From positions 1-52,088 of the IMG/VR virus record IMGVR_UViG_3300035156_000020: a stretch of 52,088 nt of DNA; one strand, 5' to 3'. The notes below the pieces were generated by a model. That model had not been told where the DNA came from and did no database searches. It worked only from the letters and a program-made list of their open reading frames with translations. This document shows positions 22,740-31,756 of this stretch, one piece after another. This DNA is from a virus. Position 1 is the first letter of the stretch. Each line of letters opens with the position of its first letter. A program made the position numbers and the translations under genes.

Positions 22740-24707
22740 TTGACTCAAGCAACCCAATCGCTCCGTAGTAAACTCATTACCCGCCGCACCTACAACCGTC
22801 CTCTGGATGATGCTGGTACGGTATTTGAAACCTTTGAGCAAACCGTTGACCGCGTTATCAATCACCAAGCTTGGCTGTGGCAACGTGCCGACGAAAAGTC
22901 TTTCATCCACAACCACGAAGAGTTAGAAGAACTCCGCAAGCTAATGTTAGAACGTAAGGTGTTGATGTCCGGTCGTACCCTGTGGCTTGGTGGTACGGAA
23001 GTAGCACAGCGCCGTGAAGCCTCCCAATTCAACTGTTCCTTCACTCACGTAGAGACTGTGTATGACGTAGTTGATGTCCTATGGCTGCTGATGCAAGGCT
23101 GTGGTGTTGGTTTCCGTCCCATCATCGGTCAACTCACTGGCTTCCAAAAGCCTATTAAAGAAATTGAAGTTATTCGATCTACACGGAAGGAGAAGGGTGG
23201 AAACCAAGACAACGTTGAAACCTTCGACCATGAAACCGGAGTGTGGACAATCCGAGTCGGAGACAGTGCCGAAGCATGGAGCAAGTCAATCGGTAAGCTG
23301 GCCGCACATAAGTTTCCCGCCGATAAACTTGTACTCGATCTGTCACAGATTCGACCAGCAGGAGAACGACTGAAGGGGTATGGCTGGATTAGCAGTGGTG
23401 ATGAGTCGATTGCCAAGGCTTACGTTGCAATTGCCAACATCCTCAATCGTCGTGCTGGTAGTCTGCTTACCCGTATCGACATCCTTGATGTTGTCAACTG
23501 GCTTGGCACTATCCTTAGTTCTCGTCGTTCTGCTGAAATTGCCCTGTTTGAATATGGGGAAGCTGAGTGGGAAGAATTCGCTGTAGCTAAGCGTAACTGG
23601 TGGGAAGAGAACGTTCAACGTGCTCAATCTAACAACTCTCTGTTGTTTAAGCAGAAGCCAACCCACGAAGCCCTGTCCAATATCTTCAAGCTCATGGTAG
23701 AATCTGGCGGTTCAGAGCCAGGTTTTATTAACGGGGAAGCAGCAGCTAAGCGCGCTCCATGGTTCAAGGGTGTCAATCCTTGTGCCGAAATCCTACTTGG
23801 CAATAAATCATTCTGTAATCTTACGGAGGTGGATGTTGGTAAGTTTAAAGGGGACAGCGCAGGACTTCGGCGTGCTGTACAAATTGCTGCACGGGCTAAC
23901 TACAGACAAACCTGTGTCAATCTACGTGATGGGGTGTTGCAAGAAGCATGGCATCTTAATAACGACTTCCTACGACTCTGTGGTGTCGGTCTTACGGGTA
24001 TCGTCCGACGACCTGACTTGCAAGCCTACGACTACGCTGAACTGCAACGAACGGCTGTGGCAGGAGCTTACAGCATGGCAGACGAGTTTGACAGCCCACG
24101 GCCTAAGAACGTCACTACCATTAAGCCAAGTGGTACACTTTCTAAGGTTATGGATACTACGGAGGGAGTGCATAAGCCTCTCGGTAAATACATCTTCAAC
24201 AATGTCAATTTCGGAAAGTATGACCCTCTTGTTCCGCTGTGTCGAGCAGCAGGATATAAGGTAATTGACAACCCTAGTGACCCTGAGGCTGTCCTCATCA
24301 CCTTCCCTGTTAAATGGGAGGACGTACCCTTTGAGAAAGTGAATGGTGTTGAAGTTAATGTTGAATCGGCTATTGTCCAGTTGGAACGGTACAAGATGCT
24401 CATGCAAAACTGGTGTCAGCAAAACGTATCGGCCACCATCTCTTACTCCCCCGACGAGGTGGGGGACATTGTGGATTGGCTCATGGGGAATTGGGATGTC
24501 TATGTCGGAGTGTCTTTCCTATTCCGAGCAGACCCCACCAAAACGGCTAAAGACTTGGGTTATCTCTATCTCCCGCAAGAGGTTGTGACCAAGGAAGCGT
24601 ATGAAGCTTATGCTGCTGTGCTTCAGCCAATTGAGCTTGACAAGGCTAATGACATTGACGCTGAGTTGGTTGATGATTGTGCCACTGGTGCTTGCCCTAT
24701 CCGATGA
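22740..24707 (+). CDS. nrdJ: Class II (adenosylcobalamin-dependent, monomeric type) ribonucleotide reductase.
   Basis: TTG start after AAAGGAAA. Motifs FNCSF, GCGVGF and NPCAEILLGNKSFCNLTEV. C-terminal CATGAC redox pair. Confidence 0.85.
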   Translation: MTQATQSLRSKLITRRTYNRPLDDAGTVFETFEQTVDRVINHQAWLWQRADEKSFIHNHEELEELRKLMLERKVLMSGRTLWLGGTEVAQRREASQFNCSFTHVETVYDVVDVLWLLMQGCGVGFRPIIGQLTGFQKPIKEIEVIRSTRKEKGGNQDNVETFDHETGVWTIRVGDSAEAWSKSIGKLAAHKFPADKLVLDLSQIRPAGERLKGYGWISSGDESIAKAYVAIANILNRRAGSLLTRIDILDVVNWLGTILSSRRSAEIALFEYGEAEWEEFAVAKRNWWEENVQRAQSNNSLLFKQKPTHEALSNIFKLMVESGGSEPGFINGEAAAKRAPWFKGVNPCAEILLGNKSFCNLTEVDVGKFKGDSAGLRRAVQIAARANYRQTCVNLRDGVLQEAWHLNNDFLRLCGVGLTGIVRRPDLQAYDYAELQRTAVAGAYSMADEFDSPRPKNVTTIKPSGTLSKVMDTTEGVHKPLGKYIFNNVNFGKYDPLVPLCRAAGYKVIDNPSDPEAVLITFPVKWEDVPFEKVNGVEVNVESAIVQLERYKMLMQNWCQQNVSATISYSPDEVGDIVDWLMGNWDVYVGVSFLFRADPTKTAKDLGYLYLPQEVVTKEAYEAYAAVLQPIELDKANDIDAELVDDCATGACPIR

Positions 24708-24784
24708 TCTGTCCCGGCTGTAAAGAGTACACTTCATGGCGTTATAAGAAGTGTCCGATGTGTAGTGTGCCTCTTAAGAAGTAG
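24704..24784 (+). CDS. Possible 26-aa zinc-ribbon micro-protein (MICPGCKEYTSWRYKKCPMCSVPLKK).
   Basis: ATGA overlap with the RNR stop. CxxC-X11-CxxC. It ends just before the terminator. Confidence 0.35.
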   Translation: MICPGCKEYTSWRYKKCPMCSVPLKK

Positions 24785-24792
24785 ATAAAAAG

Positions 24793-24830
24793 AAACCCCC
24801 TATAGCGATTAAGCCGTAGGGGGTTTTTCT
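24793..24830. terminator. Bidirectional rho-independent terminator at the convergence point of the two arms.
   Basis: A-run, CCCCCTA (24796-24802), 14-nt loop, TAGGGGG (24817-24823), then tttttct. Confidence 0.7.
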
Positions 24831-24849
24831 ATTTGTGCTGCTGTAAAGC

Positions 24850-25092
24850 TTATTCTCGGTATTCAGCAGGGAACTGATACCGTTGTTTCTCTTTCTTATA
24901 AGCGTTCTTGCAATGATCTGGCCCCTGCCACAGGTAGAACAGAGCGTTAATCAACTTCTCCCATTGCTTATAGGGATTCCGATAGCCCAACCTGCCACAT
25001 CGGGCAGAGAGGGTTTCATCGGGGTAGCCACCTGTAAGGGTGTTCACCAGTTGATCTAGTCCAATCAGGTTACGCTGAATATATCCCATCAA
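24850..25092 (-). CDS. Hypothetical protein, 80 aa; last gene of the late arm.
   Basis: Track ORF. ATGA-type overlap with the upstream gene. Confidence 0.6.
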   Translation of the reverse strand: MMGYIQRNLIGLDQLVNTLTGGYPDETLSARCGRLGYRNPYKQWEKLINALFYLWQGPDHCKNAYKKEKQRYQFPAEYRE

Positions 25093-26282
25093 TCTCTCCA
25101 GTAGTCTTTTTCCATGTCGTTGAGAGCACCGATAAATCCTTGATCCTTCAACACTTGCTTCTTAACATCGTTAAGAGGTTTGTTACTTCCTCCAGCCAAA
25201 TCCCTCCAATACTGGTTCTCGTTCAAGATGTCATTGCGAGCACCTATCCCGCCAAGCCATTTGAGCTTAGCAACAATAACATCCCCCAAAGCCCCTAGAA
25301 ACTCCATAGCGCCCTCAATTACTCTAGACACTACAGCCTGTCCACCTAACTGAATTGAAGCCGTAGCGAGCCTTGTAGCCCCCTTGCTGAGGCTTGTAGT
25401 ACCTGACATCAATACGCCCCCCGAAGCGGTAAATACTCGCTGCCGATTCCCCGTTCCTGGGATTGAGGATGTCACACCTGACAGAGTGAATCCCCCAAGG
25501 CTAAACCTGTTGGAATTCTTCATTGCTGTACCCACCCCTGAAAAAGCAACGCCTCCAACACCTGAGTAGCTAAACGTGTTGATAGGGACGGTTGCTACTG
25601 CAAAGCTGAAATCCTCGTCCTCATCTTCAAACAGCTGCCAAGGATTTGCTGACAAGGAGGCCATCTCTGCTGGTGTAAGTACTCGTGACCAAGCGAAGGC
25701 CACTGGCACCCCTCCCCTCAGACTGTACCCGGTCTGTCCTGTAATACCTCCCACGTTCATCATAACTGCGCTTGTTGTGGCAGAAGTTGTCGTCCCTGTT
25801 GCAACGAGGGCACCTTGGACATACAAAGATGTGGCGGCCCCTGCGTAGGTTGCACCAACGGCCACTGGAGCATTAATGGGATAATTAGATGGACTCGTTA
25901 TATAGGTGAAGTTACGCCAGTAGGTGTCAACCTTACCGCTAACAAAACGGATACCACGTACACCCGTTGTGAAGGAAGCATCAGGGCCGATCTCCATTAT
26001 GATTTGCTCGGCGGTCGTGCTGTCACTGTATGCAATTGCGAACATCGAACCATTCGTCAAGCTAGGCCCGTTTATGATGGCTTTGGCCTGACCTATTAAG
26101 CCATTAACTGCCACCCCCAAGCTTGTCATCGTTCGATTTCGGGCAGAGGTGGAATTAACAAACGGCTTACCAGTCACCGGGTCGAAGCTAGAAGACCCTA
26201 CGAACACGCAAATCAATCCCCGTGAAATAGGGTTGTTCTTATCAATCTTAACCAAGCCCTGTGGCTGGTAGCGCATTCCCAT
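25089..26282 (-). CDS. Tail-fibre-like protein with a LamG / concanavalin-like jelly-roll region.
   Basis: Track ORF 25089-26327, trimmed to the ATG at 26282, 2 nt after the upstream stop. Gly/Ser/Thr-rich beta composition. Confidence 0.65.
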   Translation of the reverse strand: MGMRYQPQGLVKIDKNNPISRGLICVFVGSSSFDPVTGKPFVNSTSARNRTMTSLGVAVNGLIGQAKAIINGPSLTNGSMFAIAYSDSTTAEQIIMEIGPDASFTTGVRGIRFVSGKVDTYWRNFTYITSPSNYPINAPVAVGATYAGAATSLYVQGALVATGTTTSATTSAVMMNVGGITGQTGYSLRGGVPVAFAWSRVLTPAEMASLSANPWQLFEDEDEDFSFAVATVPINTFSYSGVGGVAFSGVGTAMKNSNRFSLGGFTLSGVTSSIPGTGNRQRVFTASGGVLMSGTTSLSKGATRLATASIQLGGQAVVSRVIEGAMEFLGALGDVIVAKLKWLGGIGARNDILNENQYWRDLAGGSNKPLNDVKKQVLKDQGFIGALNDMEKDYWRD

Positions 26283-26284
26283 GA

Positions 26285-26659
26285 TTACAGCCCGGTTACG
26301 TTCTGTAGGCCAGCCTCTACGGTACAAGCATTGGAGGTGTTACCAAACGCAATAGCTCGGATGTACATTCCGCCCTTCGTTAGTGAGATAGATGGCCCCT
26401 GTGTCACCGTGCCACTGAGGAGGTCGGCACTAACCACAGTATAATAATCAAACCAATTCACACCATCGGGAGAGTTTTGAAAGAGGATGTTACAGGCAGC
26501 GCCAAGAGCACCACCGTTAGTGATTCGCCAAATAAGCTCACCACCATAACCTGTACGAACATCTAACACGGAACTTACAACAGGACTTGCCCTCGTTGTG
26601 GCAGCAGGTACAGAGGTACTCCCTGCGAAGAGTTGCAGATATACTTTAGTTGCTGGCAT
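26285..26659 (-). CDS. Hypothetical virion-module protein, 124 aa.
   Basis: Track ORF, tightly coupled to its neighbours. Confidence 0.65.
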   Translation of the reverse strand: MPATKVYLQLFAGSTSVPAATTRASPVVSSVLDVRTGYGGELIWRITNGGALGAACNILFQNSPDGVNWFDYYTVVSADLLSGTVTQGPSISLTKGGMYIRAIAFGNTSNACTVEAGLQNVTGL

Positions 26660-27078
26660 TATTTCTCACTTCCATCATCATTAAACATTGCATCTTTCAC
26701 TTGATCCCGTGTGACATACTTAGGCTTCAAGGCAAGATGTTTGATTTGGTCAACCCAAGCTGCTTGTAGAACTCCTGCTTGCTGTAGCTGATCCAGGAGG
26801 GCTAGAGCGCCTACATCCCCAATGTCCAAGCCAGCGTCCTGAGCTAGAAACTTCACTGCCCAAGCTACGGCTGTATTGAATGGGGCTGCTGTCTCAAGCG
26901 CATGGAGGATGTCCGCACCGTTAGCACACCGGGTAAGGAGAGCACGAGCAGAAATGAATGTCTGCTGAATCTCCATCTCAGGGCTATCGTTCAGAGCCTT
27001 AGCCAATCCATCCAATTCACGCAAAGCACGCAGAGAGTCTAAGTCTCTACGTGCCAAGATACGACTACGGATATCCAT
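26659..27078 (-). CDS. Hypothetical protein, 139 aa.
   Basis: Track ORF. 1-nt overlaps at both ends. Confidence 0.65.
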   Translation of the reverse strand: MDIRSRILARRDLDSLRALRELDGLAKALNDSPEMEIQQTFISARALLTRCANGADILHALETAAPFNTAVAWAVKFLAQDAGLDIGDVGALALLDQLQQAGVLQAAWVDQIKHLALKPKYVTRDQVKDAMFNDDGSEK

Positions 27079-27479
27079 TAGTCAGCAGTGATTTGAGGGG
27101 TGAGCTTGAGGTTGTCACCGTTACTAGCAGGGGTGAACACAGCAAACGTTTCCGACAACACCAAGTCACCTGTAGTTGCACGAGTGACGTAGTAGCCACG
27201 AATGTCAGGGTTGGTAGTTAGAGCACCCGTGAAGGTGTAGGTTTGCTGCGGGTAGGCTGCTGTACTTGGAGCACCTGGCGTGATAGTCCAGCTAGACCCA
27301 AGCAGCGTAAGGGCAGCATAGCCACCCCCTGTAGCCTCTGTATAAGTGGCTGCTGTATCTGTCTCGGAGGGGGTGATGTTGTTAGTGAACAGACGGTACA
27401 CCAAGTTCTCTGGCGTGCTCTTATTCACGAGATACGACAGGGCAATTACTTCACCACTATTCTGAACTACAATGGTCAT
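27078..27479 (-). CDS. Hypothetical virion-module protein, 133 aa.
   Basis: Track ORF. Beta-rich composition. Confidence 0.65.
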   Translation of the reverse strand: MTIVVQNSGEVIALSYLVNKSTPENLVYRLFTNNITPSETDTAATYTEATGGGYAALTLLGSSWTITPGAPSTAAYPQQTYTFTGALTTNPDIRGYYVTRATTGDLVLSETFAVFTPASNGDNLKLTPQITAD

Positions 27480-27787
27480 TGAGCACTCCGATAGCCAAGA
27501 ACGTTATCAACATTAGGACGGCGGTTCTCAGGAATCTCTTCCAGGAATGCCTGCCTCAGTACACCTTGCACGAGATGGGGAACAGCCTTATCCTGCTCGT
27601 CAAGCGTCATCTTATTAGTGCCATCAGCTTTAACAAGAATCACACCTTCCGGCACAACAATCCCGACACCTTCAGTAGTAACTACCCACATGCCTAGTCG
27701 ATGCTCCCCTACTGTGATAGTAGGGGCAGCTTGTACGACAGGGGCTACAACTTCTACAACTACTTCTTTCTTCTTACTAAACCACAT
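27476..27787 (-). CDS. Hypothetical protein, 103 aa.
   Basis: Track ORF. 4-nt overlap with the downstream gene. Confidence 0.6.
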   Translation of the reverse strand: MWFSKKKEVVVEVVAPVVQAAPTITVGEHRLGMWVVTTEGVGIVVPEGVILVKADGTNKMTLDEQDKAVPHLVQGVLRQAFLEEIPENRRPNVDNVLGYRSAQ

Positions 27788-27795
27788 AGAGTTCC

Positions 27796-29250
27796 TTAGA
27801 CAATACGAATTTTAAGGGCATTACCTGTACGGTAGATACCGTCGATAGGTACGCCTCCCGCTGCTGCTGCTGCATCATCTGCATAGTTACGTACTCCTGC
27901 GAGCATTGGAACACCACTGCCCTTAGGGACAACCCGTACATTAACGTTAGTGAGTGTGCCACTTGCTCCGGCAAGGATTGCAATGCCTTCCGTCCCGGTA
28001 GTCGTTTCTGCGCGAACATAGGAAGTGGCTGCTGCATCGGTTAAGACCGAGAAGGATGCACCACCAGAAGGATTTGGGCCTAGGCCGGTATTCCCGGCAA
28101 AACGAATCTCACCGTTAGCCTTGGCAGCAGCGATAACAACATCATCGTTAGTGTTGACACCCAACACCTTAAATCCGGTAGCTCCTGCTGCATTCTCTAT
28201 TGCGATCCACTGATTGTTACCCATTAGGATTGCACGGCCAGAGTCAAATACCCCCTCACGGGTATAGAGAGCAAACTTCCACCTTTGATCCACTTCAATA
28301 GCATACAGTGGCTTCTTGGCCGCATCTGCTGTGCTATCTCCACTTACAAGTACGCCACGCCCGTTAGGAGCAATAGCATCCTTCTCAATCAGTACACCGT
28401 TGTAGGTCTTGCAGTAGTCTCCATCCTGTTTAACTTCACCGGATCGTGCAACGGCAAAACCGTAGGTGACGTTATGGCAGATGTTTCCTCCACCATTAAC
28501 CAGGTCATTAGCCTCTGGAACAAACTGAATGCCGCCTGTCCACTGCTGTAGTGCTCCACGATAACGGGCATAGCCAAAGTCCTTAGCGCGATTCATCACG
28601 TTAATCTCTTGACCGAACACACCGAACTTCTTAGTTTGATCGGTAGACGTAGCCGATACAAGCCAAGATGCCAAACCTTGCCCTCCACCGTTTGCAACAC
28701 CTACACCTGAGAAGTCACAAATAACACCATGACCAATACTGAATCCGGTACTCACCGTCCCCTGCTGAGTGAAGTTCATACGGAAACCGTATCCTGCATT
28801 GTTAGAGGTGTTAGTGGCCCTCCAAAGATGCCCTGCTGTCTCATAAGAGCCGGTAGGCCCGGTACGATTGAACTCAGGACGACCGGAGGTTACAATCACA
28901 CGGCTAACACTGAACACACCACCACCACCCGTGATGGAAGCTCCTTGAGCGTATTCAACAAGTTGGGTTCCATCTCCAAGTACCGGAGAGGTTACCAAGT
29001 AGGTTCCAGGTGGAATAAGAATCTGCTTGCCGGGATTGGCAGTGAGTGCTGCCTGAAATGCAGTTGTGTCATTAGCGACACCATCGCCCTTGGCTCCATA
29101 ATCCCGTACATTGATACCTACACGGGCCTGTACAAAACTCTCCAAGGTTTCAGCAGAAGCAGGGGGGAGGTTAATCACCCCCGCCAATGCTGCCTTAGCT
29201 GTTGCGAGTTCGCCTGCAAACTCAGTCAGCTTACTATCTAGTTGTGCCAT
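27796..29250 (-). CDS. Tailspike 2: right-handed beta-helix (pectate-lyase-like) depolymerase. It lacks the anchor domain of the other two spikes.
   Basis: NVRDYGAKGDGVANDTTAFQAAL signature follows a short coiled N-terminus. Confidence 0.8.
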   Translation of the reverse strand: MAQLDSKLTEFAGELATAKAALAGVINLPPASAETLESFVQARVGINVRDYGAKGDGVANDTTAFQAALTANPGKQILIPPGTYLVTSPVLGDGTQLVEYAQGASITGGGGVFSVSRVIVTSGRPEFNRTGPTGSYETAGHLWRATNTSNNAGYGFRMNFTQQGTVSTGFSIGHGVICDFSGVGVANGGGQGLASWLVSATSTDQTKKFGVFGQEINVMNRAKDFGYARYRGALQQWTGGIQFVPEANDLVNGGGNICHNVTYGFAVARSGEVKQDGDYCKTYNGVLIEKDAIAPNGRGVLVSGDSTADAAKKPLYAIEVDQRWKFALYTREGVFDSGRAILMGNNQWIAIENAAGATGFKVLGVNTNDDVVIAAAKANGEIRFAGNTGLGPNPSGGASFSVLTDAAATSYVRAETTTGTEGIAILAGASGTLTNVNVRVVPKGSGVPMLAGVRNYADDAAAAAGGVPIDGIYRTGNALKIRIV

Positions 29251-29263
29251 TTATTTTCTTTCA

Positions 29264-31096
29264 TTAGGTGATAATCGCCAGCTTACGAACTGTTCCGCCA
29301 GTGTCCCGAATCTCGATATATCCCGTTACTGGAGCGTCAGCACTCGCTGTATATGTACCGAATCGAAGACGACCAGTGCCTTTAGGGGCAAACTGAATGT
29401 CGATGTTGGCAGAGGTTCCCTTAGCGTCAATGTTCACCCTACCGGCTGCAACCGAATACATGGAAACTCCACTTTCAAACGTGAACGTATTACCAACCAT
29501 CACTTCGGTTGGGAAAGCCGGGCTTGCTGTCGAAGTAGGAACTGCCTCGTTAGCACTGACACAGCCGATGAACGTTGTACGTTCTGCTTCATTTCGGAAG
29601 CCTGCTGTTCCAGAAGAAACCGATGTGCATGTGTTGAAAATGGAACTCAGGGAACCGTTGATGGTTTGGAAGCCATACGTTACCGAGTTGATACAAGTGA
29701 CATTGTGGAATACGTTTCGATTGGCACTACCGTTAGCGTTACCTGTGACGATGACACCAATCGTGCAAGAGTCAACAACACCGTTGGAGACATGGACATC
29801 ATCCGATCCCGATGTGATGCCATAGATAGCCACTGCTGCTGCGCCTGAGGTGGCACGCACGTAGAAGCCCGACAGTGACGACCTAGCTCCTGCTTTGTTG
29901 TAAGCGTCTGTCGGAGCAGGCTTAGTACGGAAGCGAATACCAAAGAAGTCTTTACTAGCGTCCCCACCGAAGTCTGTAACAGTGATGTTACTGAGGTGCC
30001 ATATGCCACGAACATCAACACCAGCCGAACCAGTAACACGCATACCGTGACTACGAACCGTAACGTTGGTACAGTGATTTCCGCTTGGCTCTGTGGAAAA
30101 GTCGGAACGGGCTTTGAGGTCTAAACCATCTGCGCCAACAGTGTCAACCGTTACAGAGTCGATACGGCAGTTTGTAGGGGAACCCGATTGGAGTCCAATG
30201 GCATAGCTACCTACGTTATGGATTCGGAGGTTTCGGAACAGAACATTCTTACACGAGTTATCCGCACCACCTGTAGAGGCCAGAACGAAGATGCCATGAC
30301 CTGCACCAGTGTCACCAGGAACCCAAGTGCTTCCGATATCAATACCCTCAACCTGATTGCCCTCAGGGGCCACCATGCCAATAACTAGGAGTTCCTCGTT
30401 GGTAGTGAACAGCTTGCACGATACAGGGCCAGTACCAATAAGGGACACACCCTTACGAAGAACAACACCACACAGGGAGGCCGCAATAGGTACGCCTGCA
30501 TTGTCGTATGTCTCTGCAAGAGTGGAGGCGCTAATGAGATAATTGCCACTTGGGACAAGAACCGCACCGCCACCCTTGGAGAATACTGAATCAATTGCCG
30601 ACTGAATAGCCGCCGTATCGTTTGTTACACCATCTCCTTTAGCGCCGAAGTCTCGGACACTAGCAATCTCAGCAAAGCGACCTTGGATTACAGCGAATGC
30701 CTCTTCTGTGGTGTCAGCAATCTCCACAAGAGTGGTTACTGCATCATTGAGGTGGGCTACGTTCTGTGCTGCCTGGGTAGCTGCTGCCACCTTAGCATTC
30801 AGGTCACCCGAGTTAGTGAGGGCAGTGTTAAGCTGTGCCAGTGCGCCATTAACAGCTTCCAGTGGGGGCAAGTCCATCTTACGTGCTGGTTCATGCCCAA
30901 GGACAGGAGCAGGGAGGTTGATGATTCGCTTACCGTTAGCATCAATATCCGAATCCAGAGTGTTAGCTGTACCACTTGGGTTCTTCCGATACAGCACCTT
31001 CTCATTCAGATGTTCAGCAATCTTATCGAAGTTGCTGTTAATCTTTGTTACGTCATAAGTCCCTAGAGCCTTATTGAGAACAATCTTATCTGTCAT
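29264..31096 (-). CDS. Tailspike 1: N-terminal particle-anchor domain plus beta-helix depolymerase.
   Basis: SVRDFGAKGDGVTNDTAAIQSAI. The N-terminus (INSNFDKIAEHLNEKVLYRKNP...NGKRIINLPAP) is homologous to that of ORF 50198-51997. Confidence 0.85.
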   Translation of the reverse strand: MTDKIVLNKALGTYDVTKINSNFDKIAEHLNEKVLYRKNPSGTANTLDSDIDANGKRIINLPAPVLGHEPARKMDLPPLEAVNGALAQLNTALTNSGDLNAKVAAATQAAQNVAHLNDAVTTLVEIADTTEEAFAVIQGRFAEIASVRDFGAKGDGVTNDTAAIQSAIDSVFSKGGGAVLVPSGNYLISASTLAETYDNAGVPIAASLCGVVLRKGVSLIGTGPVSCKLFTTNEELLVIGMVAPEGNQVEGIDIGSTWVPGDTGAGHGIFVLASTGGADNSCKNVLFRNLRIHNVGSYAIGLQSGSPTNCRIDSVTVDTVGADGLDLKARSDFSTEPSGNHCTNVTVRSHGMRVTGSAGVDVRGIWHLSNITVTDFGGDASKDFFGIRFRTKPAPTDAYNKAGARSSLSGFYVRATSGAAAVAIYGITSGSDDVHVSNGVVDSCTIGVIVTGNANGSANRNVFHNVTCINSVTYGFQTINGSLSSIFNTCTSVSSGTAGFRNEAERTTFIGCVSANEAVPTSTASPAFPTEVMVGNTFTFESGVSMYSVAAGRVNIDAKGTSANIDIQFAPKGTGRLRFGTYTASADAPVTGYIEIRDTGGTVRKLAIIT

Positions 31097-31365
31097 TTCT
31101 TCCCTTTGAGGTGATGCTTATTCTTAGCACGGTTCTTAGAAGCAGACATCACTTTCAGGTTCTTAGTAGAGTTGTCAGCCGTATTCATGTTCTTATGGTC
31201 TACGTCCTTACCGTCACCCTTCTTCACCTTCCCTGCCTTCTCCATCTTTGCCCGTGCTTGATTACGTTGCGCACGGCGCGTCTTCTGTTCTTCGCTAGAG
31301 TTGTACTTACGTTGACGTACACTGTCTGCTGTAGCGTTCTTCTTGAACTGTCCCTTAGCTGGCAT
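31093..31365 (-). CDS. Highly basic 90-aa protein (Lys/Arg-rich).
   Basis: Track ORF 31093-31383 starts at a TTG. It is trimmed here to the first ATG (MPAKGQFKKN...). Confidence 0.55.
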   Translation of the reverse strand: MPAKGQFKKNATADSVRQRKYNSSEEQKTRRAQRNQARAKMEKAGKVKKGDGKDVDHKNMNTADNSTKNLKVMSASKNRAKNKHHLKGKK

Positions 31366-31756
31366 TCCCTGTAACCCTTCCAATCTCTCGTTTCAAACTT
31401 TCCCGGTTCTTCGGGTCTTTTTCCCTAGCCAACTCAGTCTTCAACAGGTGGAGTTGATCGGCTTCCCGCTGTCCTCTGCCCTGCGCATACTGCTGATTAA
31501 TCGCTCCCCAATCCCCACTAGCTACAGCACTCACCTTCTGCTTTACCTGCTTCGGTTGTGGTGGAGGTGTTGGTTCACTCCATCTCTTCTCCCACGGAAA
31601 GGCCATCATCCGTGGGTTGGGAGGGGTGGTAGGAAGCTGACTAATAGCAGCCTCCTTGATAGTGCTCAAGCCATCCTTTACATCATTCCAAGCTTGTTCC
31701 CAAGGGCTTTTACTTGGCTGGCTTGGTTGGCTCTGCGATCCAGTTGTTTCGGTCAC
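31355..31756 (-). CDS. Hypothetical Pro/Gln-rich protein, about 133 aa (GTG start; the alternative is ATG at 31786).
   Basis: GGAGG lies 8 nt upstream of the GTG at 31756. The long track form (to 31900) overlaps the 620-aa gene by 191 nt. Confidence 0.5.
   Translation of the reverse strand: MTETTGSQSQPSQPSKSPWEQAWNDVKDGLSTIKEAAISQLPTTPPNPRMMAFPWEKRWSEPTPPPQPKQVKQKVSAVASGDWGAINQQYAQGRGQREADQLHLLKTELAREKDPKNRESLKREIGRVTGNAS

Noticed and set aside
20630-22743. Tiny gap-filling ORFs: a 23-codon ORF from 20630 and a 33-codon GTG ORF at 22642-22743.
   Set aside because: They are too short, with weak or badly spaced SD sequences, and cannot be supported from sequence alone.
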